Made by a program: the position numbers and the translations under genes. A stretch of DNA of 64,000 bases from Candidatus Moanibacter sp. (lineage in GTDB: Bacteria > Verrucomicrobiota > Verrucomicrobiia > Opitutales > UBA2987), in NCBI GenBank assembly GCA_965215885.1, contig CBDCEW010000038.1:8385-72384 (forward strand), in the 5' to 3' direction. The notes under the pieces were generated by a model. It saw only the letters and a program-made list of their open reading frames with translations. It was not told where the DNA came from and made no database searches. This document shows, piece by piece, positions 9,911 through 19,844 of the stretch. Within the stretch, counting starts at the first letter, position 1. Each line of letters begins with the position of its first letter.

Positions 9911-10185
9911 CTAAAGCTGGTCAAAAAGCTGGCGCGCCGTCAAACGGAATCGTTCCGCTTCCGTTGGGCTATTTCTTCTGACGATTCGGATGACGATGTA
10001 CTTCAACACTTCGTAGAGGAGGTAGAAGACGCGTCGAATCTTGGCATCGCAGTCGTTGGGTCGCGGCCTGCCATACCCACGCCAAAACTCCGGCGTTGAT
10101 ATTCCGCAGTATTCCAGCACCGCATACTCGATCTCGGGATCGCCCCACAGGGCCCGGTCCCAGTCGATCAATCCGGCAAGCCGTC
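9911..10185 (-). pseudogene. Aminoglycoside/choline phosphotransferase-family C-terminal fragment
   Basis: GLIDWDRALWGDPEIEYA and FWRGYG motifs. The N-terminal lobe and HxD motif are absent. Confidence 0.7.
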
Positions 10186-11601
10186 CCTGGCTGGATCCAT
10201 CCTTTGCCGCATCAACTCCGGATGATCGGCTCGTGAAATCAATATCTCACGAACTCCCGCCGGATCCACATCTCGAATCGGGGTGTTTTCCCGAATACAG
10301 ATCGCAGCGGCTGTCCCGGCCGCCTGTCCCAGGAGGCAACAGGTCGTCATCACCCGCAAGCTGGACCAGGCATGAAAGTCGGCAGAAACACACCTTCCCA
10401 CCACGAAGAGGTTATCCAATCCCTGGGCTATGAGCGACCGTAGCGGCACCTGATACGGAGGCACCCAGTGATCGACGTAGTGATTGACCGTATCAATACC
10501 GGCGCCTCCAAAGGCCACACTATCCTCAAAAACCCTCTGCTGTTTGATGTCGCCGACACTTAGAACATACTCTCCCATAATGCGTGGCCCCTGCCGTAAT
10601 CCCAACATCGGCGACACGCTGTCGATCTTCACGCCCGATTCGAGATTCAGCCCAGCACAACGAACGATCTCTGGAATCAGTGAACGCGTGAACTGTTCCG
10701 CCGCATTCAATCCCTCACCTGTGGACGTATCAAAACCGTGAACCCTCAGCTTGACCGCCCTTGAGCCATTGGGCAAAAGATGCCCTTTTACGCCTCCAGG
10801 GGGAATCCAGATCTTGCCCCGTCTACACTTCGACACCCAAAAGCAATGATCTTCTTCGTACTTGCTGGCGATATCCGTCCGTTCTTCCTCGGAGAATTCG
10901 GCATAGCTGAGCTTTTCAAATGGCTCCTCACCTTCGGGATACAACTCTGGAAGTACCTCGAGTTTATTGTTCTCACCCAGGAATAACATGAAACCGGCCG
11001 GCATCCTCGTGTACTCCTCCCCTTCGGGAATGACCTGAGCACCCGCATGCCGGCCCAACACCCCATCTCCCGTCGCATCCACGACGATCCTGGCCCGCAC
11101 TGCCTGGAGCAGGCTCCGATTGTGAATCACCACCGCATCCACTACCTTCCCCTTCATGACGACGTCGGTCAGCTCCGTGTGATAGAGCAAGTCCACTCCC
11201 GCCTTTTCGGCCTGATGCTGAAGCACCACAGGAAGAATGTTGTGATCAAAAAGGTTATTGTAATATCGGATGTCCTGACCGCGTGAATTTTCCCTGATAT
11301 TGAGAAACGCAGGCCACCCCTTATCTTCCCCGATGGCTCCCATCCGCCCCATGATCCTGAGTTGCTCATCAAAGACCCTGCCCTGCCCTTCCAGTGGTCC
11401 GCCATAGGCCCAGTTGCACACCCCCCCGATCGTCGCCATTCCGCCTAACTGGGCAAAACGCTCGATCAATAGTGTCCGTGCCCCGCCATGAGCTGCCGCG
11501 CAAGCCGCTCCAACCCCACCCATGCCACCCCCAACCACCACGACATCGTAGTCGGCGATCTCAGGGATCGTTCTCGAATATGCAAAACTGTTCATGGCCA
11601 C
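10168..11601 (-). CDS. FAD-dependent oxidoreductase (FAD_oxidored family)
   Basis: DVVVVGGGMGG, LGGMAT, VVDATGDG, YQVPLRSL, GRCVSAD, GQAAG. Confidence 0.9.
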   Translation of the reverse strand: MAMNSFAYSRTIPEIADYDVVVVGGGMGGVGAACAAAHGGARTLLIERFAQLGGMATIGGVCNWAYGGPLEGQGRVFDEQLRIMGRMGAIGEDKGWPAFLNIRENSRGQDIRYYNNLFDHNILPVVLQHQAEKAGVDLLYHTELTDVVMKGKVVDAVVIHNRSLLQAVRARIVVDATGDGVLGRHAGAQVIPEGEEYTRMPAGFMLFLGENNKLEVLPELYPEGEEPFEKLSYAEFSEEERTDIASKYEEDHCFWVSKCRRGKIWIPPGGVKGHLLPNGSRAVKLRVHGFDTSTGEGLNAAEQFTRSLIPEIVRCAGLNLESGVKIDSVSPMLGLRQGPRIMGEYVLSVGDIKQQRVFEDSVAFGGAGIDTVNHYVDHWVPPYQVPLRSLIAQGLDNLFVVGRCVSADFHAWSSLRVMTTCCLLGQAAGTAAAICIRENTPIRDVDPAGVREILISRADHPELMRQRMDPARDGLPD

Positions 11602-11615
11602 GGACTATTACACCT

Positions 11616-11775
11616 AGAGCCGCCTGCGCAATCACTAGCCTGAGAATCTCACAGGATATCCAGGCGAGAATCGTAAGTGTTTAGCGTTACTTTCGAGAGC
11701 CGCCTGCGCAATCACTAGCCTGAGAATCTCACAGGATATCCAGGCGAGAATCGTAAGTGTTTAGCGTTACTTTCG
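11616..11775. repeat. Perfect 80-bp tandem duplication
   Basis: 11616-11695 equals 11696-11775. Confidence 0.9.
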
Positions 11776-11780
11776 ATTGC

Positions 11781-11980
11781 AGGCTGCCCCGGTCTTGTGC
11801 CGGGGTGGCGCACGTTCCTTGCCCCACATCGGTTGCCCCTACCTTCCCCTCCACCCTTCCTCTCTCCACCCATTCGCGTTTCGAATGGGTGGAGAGAGGA
11901 AGGGTGGAGGGGTGTGTGGTGCCGATCGCATATTGTAGTTTCGTAGCGTGCGCCACCCCGGCACAAGACCGGGGCAGCCT
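11781..11980. repeat. Nested palindromic element (34-bp terminal inverted repeats plus internal hairpin)
   Basis: AGGCTGCCCCGGTCTTGTGCCGGGGTGGCGCACG and its reverse complement at the ends. Internal CCCCTCCACCCTTCCTCTCTCCACCCATTCG hairpin. Confidence 0.85.
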
Positions 11981-12176
11981 CAGACACACTGAACAGGTAC
12001 CTGGAATCAGTCGAACTCAGAATTCCTAGCATCACCTCTGGAGGAGATTTCATGGTGCCTGTCATTGCGAGGAAGAATGACGAAGCAATCCACATATTCG
12101 ACCTTCGACCTTCCGACTTTCGACTCTTGTCTTCCGACCTTCGACTTTGGACTTTCACTAAATTGCAAATCGGTTT

Positions 12177-13503
12177 CAGTACTGTCCGGTTATAAGTCAA
12201 ACAACTCCAACTGTTTAGGAATGCGGTGTTCATTGAAAGTGTAATCGGTTTCTGTAAGTAGTTCAGTCATAGGAGTTTTCTCAAATAGGGTGAAGCTGAG
12301 AATCTGTAGGATTTTGTGCAAACTGATCTCCAGGCGAAGGCGTTTGCGGATGATGGCGATGAGCACATAGACGCTGACGGCAATCCAGATTTGAGTCTTC
12401 ACAGCATTCTCGGAGGTGCCGAAAAAGCTCTTGATGCGCAAGTGCTGTTTGATCCATTTGAAGAACAATTCGATCTGCCAGCGTAAACGGTAAATCTGGG
12501 TGATGATTATGGCTGGGAGGGCAAACTGGTTGGTGAGAAACACGAAGCGCTCGGAACTGTCGGGGTCGAGGTAAGTGATACGCCGGAGTCTTTCGGGGTA
12601 GGCCTTGGCAGGATAGAAGCTGACCAGGGCAACGGTCTGGTCCGAACGCAGACCGGTTGATTTGTCGACCTTTTGAGAGTAGAGGCGGCGAAACTGAAAG
12701 CCGCGGCGGGCGCGTGTGACGAAGAAAGAACCGCATTGTGCGATCCGATAGAGGCGCTCGTAATGCAGATAGGCTCGGTCCATTACATAGTAAGCACCGG
12801 CCTCGGGGATGATGAGATCCAGAATGTTTACGTCGTGAACTTTTCCATCGGTAATCTCGATAAAATAAGGGATAGAGCCTCTGAGATCGAGAAGCGTATG
12901 GACCTTCACCGCCCCCTTGTGCTTGCGGAAACGTGCCCACGGGAAGAGTGATAGACATAGATCGATCGTGGTGGAGTCCAGAGCGTAGAGCGTATTGTCC
13001 AGGTCGATGCCCAGATCCTCGTTTGAATACAAAGGACGAGCCATTGCGATGAGGACCTGTGCAAAGTCGGCGTAGATGCGCCAGTCTCGTTTCTCGTTGG
13101 CATCGGCGAGCGTGCTTTTGGATACTCCGCTTCGAATCCCTGCGTGGTATAGTTTTGGTTGTACTGCCCGCAGGCAGGTTTCGATGTCGCGCATGGTGCC
13201 TGACTCTCCCGGTAGGTCAACTCGGCAAAACCCATGCAGAGAAATTGTTCGAAGCAACTGAACTTTTGAACTTTGTAGGCGCCTCCGTAGCGTTGGACGC
13301 AACGATGGAACTGATGGCGCGGAAGATAATCTATGATTTGAGAAAAAACGAATCGACCTGTATACATGATTTGGACCCTCGAAATTTTTGAGAGTCCACA
13401 AGGCTTTTTGCAATTTCAAGTCGAAAACAGCAGAAATCATATGTAAAATGTTGGTTATCAATCGATTAACCTGCGTTCCTAGAAAAACAACCGGACAGTA
13501 GTG
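12177..13503 (-). mobile_element. IS4-family element, copy 1 (transposase frameshifted by an 8-bp insertion)
   Basis: TIR CA(G/C)TACTGTCCGGTT. Near-identical to 28188-29506, with extra AGGCACCA (minus strand) near 13194-13201. No flanking direct repeat. Confidence 0.92.
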
Positions 13504-14005
13504 AGATTACGATTATGATTACGACGGGCAGGTTCATCAGCTTCCAGCTCTCCCCTTCTCCGTGTTCCCGTGTCTCCGCGTCTCTCCAATTCTCTCTCCC
13601 TATCGTGACTCTCAATCGTGATCTCCTGTCGATCTTCTTTTCTTTCGATTATATAGATTACGATTATGATTACGACAGAGGATCTAACGGTTCTTTCCCC
13701 TCTCCCTGATCACCGGAAGATCTCTTTTCCGACTCTAGATTACGATTCTCATTACCTTAATCGTGATCTAACGCGTCTCTCCAATTCTCTCTCCCTATCG
13801 TCTCTCAATCGTGATCTCCTGTCGATCTTCTATAGATTACGATTATGATTACGACAGAGGATCTAACGATCGTGACTTCAATCGTGATCTCCCATTCTTT
13901 CGACTTTAGATTACGATTATGATTACGACGGAAGATCTAACGGGTTTCCCCTCCTCCCTATCGTGCTTCTCAATCGTGATCTCCTGTCGATCGTCTCCTC
14001 TTCCG
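13504..14005. repeat. Array of REP-like GATTACGATTATGATTACGAC / ATCGTGA-CTCAATCGTGATC units
   Basis: Motif A at about 13504, 13655, 13834, 13908. Roughly complementary motif B at about 13601, 13796, 13869, 13959. Confidence 0.85.
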
Positions 14006-14075
14006 ACTTTGGATTATTATGATGAGGTAGCCGGACGCGCAAGCGTTCGGTCTTCCCGTCGAGTTCCGGCTACGA

Positions 14076-14427
14076 TCACGATCGGTCAATCTGTTCGCTC
14101 CAGTCTTCAATTCGAAGATCCGGAACTCGCTGGAATTCTCTAGCCCGGACATTTCACACACTTCGTAGCGAGACTGCGTAGGTTGCTGCGTATCAGTGCC
14201 TTTCCGCAGCACGGCGGGCGATCCCGGCACGCCGGGATTGGAACCCACTGAGGTCGCCGGGCAAGGGAAGGCTTTGAGACGCAGTGACATCCGCGGTCGT
14301 AGCAGAAGATTTGTGAAATGTTCGGGCTAGTATTATTGGTCACGACGGTAGAATCCAGGGAAAGGGCGTGCGCGGCAATCATTGTGTCCATAGATCCGAT
14401 GGAAATTCCTTCACACTCGAGTTTCAT
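14076..14427 (-). pseudogene. vapC: VapC (PIN) toxin remnant, 5'-truncated and split by a MITE
   Basis: IGSMDTMIAAHALSLDSTVVTNNT|REFQRVPDLRIEDW is restored when 14140-14330 is removed. Confidence 0.8.
14140..14330. mobile_element. MITE with CTAG-bounded TIRs, copy 1
   Basis: CTAGCCCGGACATTTCACA ... TGTGAAATGTTCGGGCTAG. Diverged copy at 45424-45605. Confidence 0.85.
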
Positions 14428-14507
14428 CTTATTCGTAATGGATAAACTCTGGCGATTTGGTTGAAATCTCGGTCCTTGTGAAGGACTTCCAGATCGTGCT
14501 CCAAGGC
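14424..14507 (-). pseudogene. vapC: Second VapC (PIN) C-terminal remnant
   Basis: Alternate frame reads ALEHDLEVLHKDRDFNQIARVYPLRIR*, a typical PIN C-terminus directly behind vapB. Confidence 0.65.
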
Positions 14508-14704
14508 AAGCGCATCTCCCGCATTTCATTCAGATCGCCCTCCCAGCGTACCTTGCCTTCATGACGAAGCATGTCCTTCTGGCGACCGCGCCTCACCAGA
14601 TCTCTTAACGCTCGATCGATCAAGGCCTTCTGAGTCTTAAGGCCGGTCATTTCCAAGCCCTCATTTATAAGTTTCTCATCAAGCACAACATTAGTTCTCT
14701 TCAT
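14429..14704 (-). CDS. vapB: VapB-type antitoxin (C-terminus extended by read-through into the deleted toxin)
   Basis: MKRTNVVLDEKLI...TGLKTQKALIDRALR...WEGDLNEMR. Confidence 0.8.
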   Translation of the reverse strand: MKRTNVVLDEKLINEGLEMTGLKTQKALIDRALRDLVRRGRQKDMLRHEGKVRWEGDLNEMREMRLPWSTIWKSFTRTEISTKSPEFIHYE

Positions 14705-14963
14705 ACACATAAATTGTAGGTTTTTTGTGTAATTGGTCAAGGGCATGTTGTCTTCCACCTTCTTGCGAAGGCGGCTACACAATGGCGACTATATTACGGA
14801 GGAAAGTCCCGGAATAAGCATGAACGCCTTTTGAACCAGCAACCTCAACTCATACAACCTTGTCAATTTCGATGTTCCTCACGGCACATGACACCAGTAA
14901 CTTCCCTGTCCATGCGGGTTTCCGCGCGATAGGCTAACGAATTCTCCTTAAGGAAGACCCCTG

Positions 14964-15039
14964 AGTGGCACAGGCTTCCAGCCTGTCAGAGGTCGTGACA
15001 GAGATCCACGCTTTACACAGGCTGGAAGCCTGTGCCACT
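14964..15039. repeat. REP-like inverted repeat, second copy
   Basis: Same arms as 8605-8683. Confidence 0.85.
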
Positions 15040-15256
15040 ATGCTGTCAGAAGTTTCACACCCATTTGATCCGGCAAGGAACGCGCTGGGGCCCCACGGAT
15101 CTGAAAATCATACAATTTTGTTGGAAGAGACCAGTGCCGCCCGTGCGGAGGTATTCCACCTTCTCACGAAAGTGACTACGGAAAGGAAAAAGAGTAGCCG
15201 CGCTCGCAAGAGCATGGTAGGACTGCTGGATCATTGAACTGTTAACGTAGTACTGA

Positions 15257-16354
15257 ATGAAAGGCACCCAGACAAACAGAGATAAAATCTGGCATACATG
15301 CCCCCAGGCCGGTGACTACGGCGAACCAAAGTTGGCGGTGGAACCACCGCTAAATCCGCGTTTTGCGCACCTCGCCTGGCCCCGAATGGTGCGAACGCAG
15401 GAGGGTATCATCATTGCCTCCTACATCGCGGCACGGTTTCACGGTTCAGGCGGCGAAGGCAGTCCCGCAATCTCCATCTCCGAGGATTGTGGAGAAACTC
15501 TCACACCGCCGCACATCGTCCATGAATTCGGGGCACATGACCAGTATACGCACAGCGGGAATACGGCTCTCGGAATCGCCGGTGACGGTGCCATCGTACT
15601 TCTGGCCATGGCCTTCCGAGGCAACGAAGCCCACACTATCCTCGGCTGGAGATCCGAAAATGAGGGAGCAACCTGGATTCCTGTGGACACTTCCAACTTG
15701 GCTGATGATCGAAGTGGATCGGTCTATGGCAACATCCTGTCCCTCCCGGATGATCGCCTCCTGGTTTTCGGTCACTTTCGCAGCCCAAGATCCGAGAATG
15801 GGATCTGGGTGGCCACTTCCGACGACAATGGCAGTTCCTGGAGCGGCCCAAGGCAAATCGCCGATGCCGAACTCGTGGAACCGGCCGCCACATTTACGGA
15901 AGGACGCATAGTCGCACTATACCGCGAAAGTAATAAGCCTCTCCACAGTCGCACCTGGCAGGCTGTCTCGGACGATCTTGGTCGGACTTGGGACATCAAG
16001 CAGGACGCCATCGTGAGTTCCGAACCGGGGAAATACCGGCTTCCCTCACCATTTGTCACTTCTGACCCGCCCAGGCCTTCCCTCCTTTATTCACTGGTTA
16101 CTGAGCGTCGTGTGCCTGGGAGCACTCCGGGCACGATCAGTCTATGGACCGCTGACCTGCATGAACTGGACTGGAAAAAGATCGGCTTGATTACCACGCT
16201 ACCGAGCGATGAGGAGAATCTCAACCGGGATTTCGGATATCCCTGGATGGTGCCGCTCGGCGGCGACAGGTGGTTTCTGCTATTTTATTTCGGCGAGAGC
16301 GCCGGGCCCTGCGCGCTATGGTCGCTGGAGTTGAAAATTGATCACGGAAAATAG
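15257..16354 (+). CDS. BNR/sialidase-family beta-propeller protein
   Basis: Asp-boxes SENEGATW, SDDNGSSW, SDDLGRTW and DFGYP. Close paralog at 43951-45039. Confidence 0.85.
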   Translation: MKGTQTNRDKIWHTCPQAGDYGEPKLAVEPPLNPRFAHLAWPRMVRTQEGIIIASYIAARFHGSGGEGSPAISISEDCGETLTPPHIVHEFGAHDQYTHSGNTALGIAGDGAIVLLAMAFRGNEAHTILGWRSENEGATWIPVDTSNLADDRSGSVYGNILSLPDDRLLVFGHFRSPRSENGIWVATSDDNGSSWSGPRQIADAELVEPAATFTEGRIVALYRESNKPLHSRTWQAVSDDLGRTWDIKQDAIVSSEPGKYRLPSPFVTSDPPRPSLLYSLVTERRVPGSTPGTISLWTADLHELDWKKIGLITTLPSDEENLNRDFGYPWMVPLGGDRWFLLFYFGESAGPCALWSLELKIDHGK

Positions 16355-16506
16355 GGCACCCCTTATTTGACTCTGCCATGGATGACCCAGTATTCTCATC
16401 TACATCAAAACAGCCGCCTAACTAGAGGCTGTTCGAAAAGGGTAAACGGCCTCTAACTAGCCGTAACTGATAGGTTTGGAAGGAGAAGAACAAGAAGAAG
16501 AAGGAG

Positions 16507-17970
16507 ATGAAGATTGTGAACGAGCGACCGAATATTGTTTTCATCACTACCGACACGCAGGGCAGAAACATGGTCTCTTCCTATGTGGACCGGCCGGGGG
16601 TAGAGACTCCCAACATTGACCGCTTGGCGTCCGAGGGCGTGCTTTTCGAGAACGCATTTGTAGCCTGCCCGCTCTGCACCCCCTCCCGGGGCGCATGGTA
16701 CTCGGGGTTATATCCCAATCGCAACGGAGCCATATGTAACGAAACTTCGGTGCAGCGCAAGCATCCCCTGCTGGCCGAACTGGTAAAGGAAGCCGGCTAT
16801 ACCTGCGCTCACTACGGAAAATGGCACCTCGATGCTGCGGGTTACGACGGCGGAGGACATCCAGACGGCGGTTTTGATTCCTGTTACGACGTGACGAATT
16901 TCAATGACGAGGTCGGACGAGGAGGCGTCAACCGGTTTGGAGGTTGGAACAAGGGTCTTCACGACGAAAACTACTGCTTTGCCCATCGAGTGGCGGATAG
17001 GGCGATCCGACGAATGCGGGAGCATGATTACGGGATGCAACCGTTACTGCTGGCGGTCGAGTTCGACGAGCCGCACGGGCCTTACATCTGCCCTCCGCCA
17101 TTCAATGGGAGATTCAAGCAAGATGAAATATATATCCCGCCAACCTTCCGGTCAGACATGTCGAAGAAACCGCGGCTGCAACAGGAGTATTCCGCCTACC
17201 TCGAAGCCACCCGGCCAACTGCCGACACCTACACCGGTTATTACCACCGATATTATGACTGCAATTCGTATGTCGACTACGAGATCGGGCGGGTGCTGGA
17301 TGCGGTGAGAGCGCACATGCCTGAGAATACGCTGTTGATCTACACCTCGGACCACGGGGATCACCTTGGCGCCTTCGGGCTGAATCCCAAAGGGCCCACC
17401 ATGTATGATGCCACCACCGCCGTTCCGCTCATCATTACGGGAGCCGGGGTGCAGAACACAGGTCGTCGTGTCGATGACCTGATCATTTCCGTGGATATCT
17501 GGCAGTCGATTCTGTCGGTAGCAGGTGCGGAACTGCCGGAAGACCCTGGTTACATCGGGCGGTCCCTGCAACCCGCTCTCGCAGACAATTCGTTAGGACC
17601 ACGCGAAGCGGTGTTCATGGAGTACAACCGCTTTGGCCTGGGCGGTCTTGGAGCAGACGGATTTTACCCCATTCGCTGTGCTCGTACCCAAGAGTGGAAA
17701 CTGAGCATCAATCTATTCGACAAGGACGAACTCTACCATCTCAGCGATGACCCGGAGGAGGCGGACAACCGCATCGACGATCCCGCGTGCGCCGATATTC
17801 GCAACCATCTGCACGACCTGATCCTCGAGCACATGGACACGACCAAGGACACCTTTTATAATCCGGCCTGGGGACGCCGGCCCTGGCGGTCGGATTACCG
17901 GCACGAATTCCAAGGCTTCACTACCACCGGCTTCAAGGATCAATGGGAGTTTGGCCGGTTGGATGATTGA
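16507..17970 (+). CDS. Cys-type sulfatase (YidJ-like)
   Basis: PNIVFITTD, CTPSR signature, GKWHLD, SDHGD. Confidence 0.92.
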   Translation: MKIVNERPNIVFITTDTQGRNMVSSYVDRPGVETPNIDRLASEGVLFENAFVACPLCTPSRGAWYSGLYPNRNGAICNETSVQRKHPLLAELVKEAGYTCAHYGKWHLDAAGYDGGGHPDGGFDSCYDVTNFNDEVGRGGVNRFGGWNKGLHDENYCFAHRVADRAIRRMREHDYGMQPLLLAVEFDEPHGPYICPPPFNGRFKQDEIYIPPTFRSDMSKKPRLQQEYSAYLEATRPTADTYTGYYHRYYDCNSYVDYEIGRVLDAVRAHMPENTLLIYTSDHGDHLGAFGLNPKGPTMYDATTAVPLIITGAGVQNTGRRVDDLIISVDIWQSILSVAGAELPEDPGYIGRSLQPALADNSLGPREAVFMEYNRFGLGGLGADGFYPIRCARTQEWKLSINLFDKDELYHLSDDPEEADNRIDDPACADIRNHLHDLILEHMDTTKDTFYNPAWGRRPWRSDYRHEFQGFTTTGFKDQWEFGRLDD

Positions 17971-18006
17971 GCCTTATGTCTGGGAGGTTTCAATGGCACG
18001 CGACCC

Positions 18007-19713
18007 ATGACGCATCACAAACACACATCTCGGGACAAGATCTGCATGAAAGAGCTGAGCTGTGATGTGGCCGTCATTGGGGGAAGCCTTGGAGGAGTCG
18101 CCGCCGCCCTGGCGGCTGCGCGCCTCGGCAAGAACGTAATCCTCACAGAGGAAACGGAATGGATCGGCGGCCAGGCAACGACCCAAGGAGTTCCGCTGGA
18201 CGAGCACCCCTGGATTGAGTCGTATGGGCGGACATTATCCTACCACACGTTCCGCCAGGAGATTCGGGAATATTACCGGCGCAATTATCCCCTCACGCCA
18301 GAGGCCCGTTCTGATCCTTTTCTGAATCCGGGGGCAGCTTGGGTGACGGCGCTGGGATATGAACCACGAGTCGGGCTGGCGGTGTTGTATGAGATGCTGG
18401 CGCCTTACCTGTCCGCCGGAAGTGTTAGGATCCTGACCCGACATCGTCCGGTGGCCGTATCGGTGGAGGGGGACCGAATCGAAGCAGTGACGGTAACCGA
18501 CCAACGCGATGGCAGCGAAAGGACCGTTCACGCGACTTATTTCCTCGATGCGACAGAGCTCGGAAACCTCTTACCGATGGCGGGAGTTGAACACGTCATC
18601 GGAGCGGAATCGCAAAGTGAAACGGGCGAGCCCAATGCCTTGCCCGGCGAGGCCGACCCCATGGACCAGATGGGATTCACGCATGTCATTGCATTCGATT
18701 ACCTGCCTGGGGAGGACCATACGATTGGAGAACCTGAGGGTTATAACCCATGGCGAAATCCGCCTGGAGGGAGTTCAAAGTTCAATCTACCGGACCTCTT
18801 TGGCGTCGAGAGGGATAATTTTGGCAGGCCTCCGCGGGTAGATGGTTATGTGGCGGCGACATGGAGCTTCCGCCGCATTCTGTTCAAAGGCAACTTCGCT
18901 GATGGGGTCTTTCCGAGCGACATCACGGTGGCGATTTGGGGCGGCAACGAATATCGCGAAGGCGTACTTCTCGGTGTTGCTGAAGACGAGCAGAAGCGTC
19001 ACCTGGCGGCGGCGCGAAATCTCAGTCTAGGCCTTTTGTATTACCTGCAAACGGAAGCACCTGATCCTGCGACCGGCAGGGAAGGCTATCCGGGATTGCG
19101 GCCACGCGGAGATGTTTTCGGTAGCAGCGACGGCTGTGCGCAATATCCTTACATACGCGAGTCACGGCGAATCCAGGCGGAGTTCACGGTCCTGGAGCAA
19201 CATTTCCGCCGCGACCTACCCGGACAGGAAGACGGACCCATGAAGTATTCGGACAGCGTGGGAGTGGGCGGCTACCGGGTCGATATTCACAAACCGGCGA
19301 AAAAGGGTGGTAAGGGCAGCATGACCGCCGCCAATCACGGGATGCACTGGCCCCAGCAGATTCCTCTTGGCGCGCTAATCCCCGTCCGCATGGAGAATCT
19401 ACTGCCGGCCTGCAAGAACCTGGGTGTCACCAGCGTCACCAACGGCGCTTTCCGGCTTCATCCAGTGGAATGGAACATCGGTGAAGCGGCGGGGGCGTTG
19501 GCGGCCTTCTGTCTTACCCGCAGTACCACACCACGGAGCGTGCGCAATACGCCGGTGGAACTCGAAGATTTTCAACGTTCACTTGTCAAACAGGGTTTGG
19601 AACTCGATTGGCCTCGCATGCAATTTGCCAGGTCCTATTACAGCCACTACGGCCAAGGCGAGGGCGCAGGTGACTGGTATTTTGGCGAAGCGTCGCGCAG
19701 GAGTCTGATCTGA
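18007..19713 (+). CDS. FAD-dependent oxidoreductase (FAD_oxidored family; start possibly 18046)
   Basis: DVAVIGGSLGGVAAA, WIGGQ, DATELG, PYIRESRR, RLHPVEWNIGEAAG. Confidence 0.9.
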   Translation: MTHHKHTSRDKICMKELSCDVAVIGGSLGGVAAALAAARLGKNVILTEETEWIGGQATTQGVPLDEHPWIESYGRTLSYHTFRQEIREYYRRNYPLTPEARSDPFLNPGAAWVTALGYEPRVGLAVLYEMLAPYLSAGSVRILTRHRPVAVSVEGDRIEAVTVTDQRDGSERTVHATYFLDATELGNLLPMAGVEHVIGAESQSETGEPNALPGEADPMDQMGFTHVIAFDYLPGEDHTIGEPEGYNPWRNPPGGSSKFNLPDLFGVERDNFGRPPRVDGYVAATWSFRRILFKGNFADGVFPSDITVAIWGGNEYREGVLLGVAEDEQKRHLAAARNLSLGLLYYLQTEAPDPATGREGYPGLRPRGDVFGSSDGCAQYPYIRESRRIQAEFTVLEQHFRRDLPGQEDGPMKYSDSVGVGGYRVDIHKPAKKGGKGSMTAANHGMHWPQQIPLGALIPVRMENLLPACKNLGVTSVTNGAFRLHPVEWNIGEAAGALAAFCLTRSTTPRSVRNTPVELEDFQRSLVKQGLELDWPRMQFARSYYSHYGQGEGAGDWYFGEASRRSLI

Positions 19714-19844
19714 GTTGGGTTCGGAATCCAGGCTGAATTATGCAACTACGAATCGCGCGAATCTACGCGAATGAAAATGAAGAAGGCTGATCGAAATTGA
19801 CATTTTAACGGAGGAGAGTTTAGGGTAGAATCAGGAGCCAAGAA

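Noticed and set aside
13504..14005. CRISPR array
   Set aside because: Spacing is irregular, spacers are duplicated and low-complexity, two complementary motifs alternate, and there are no cas genes.
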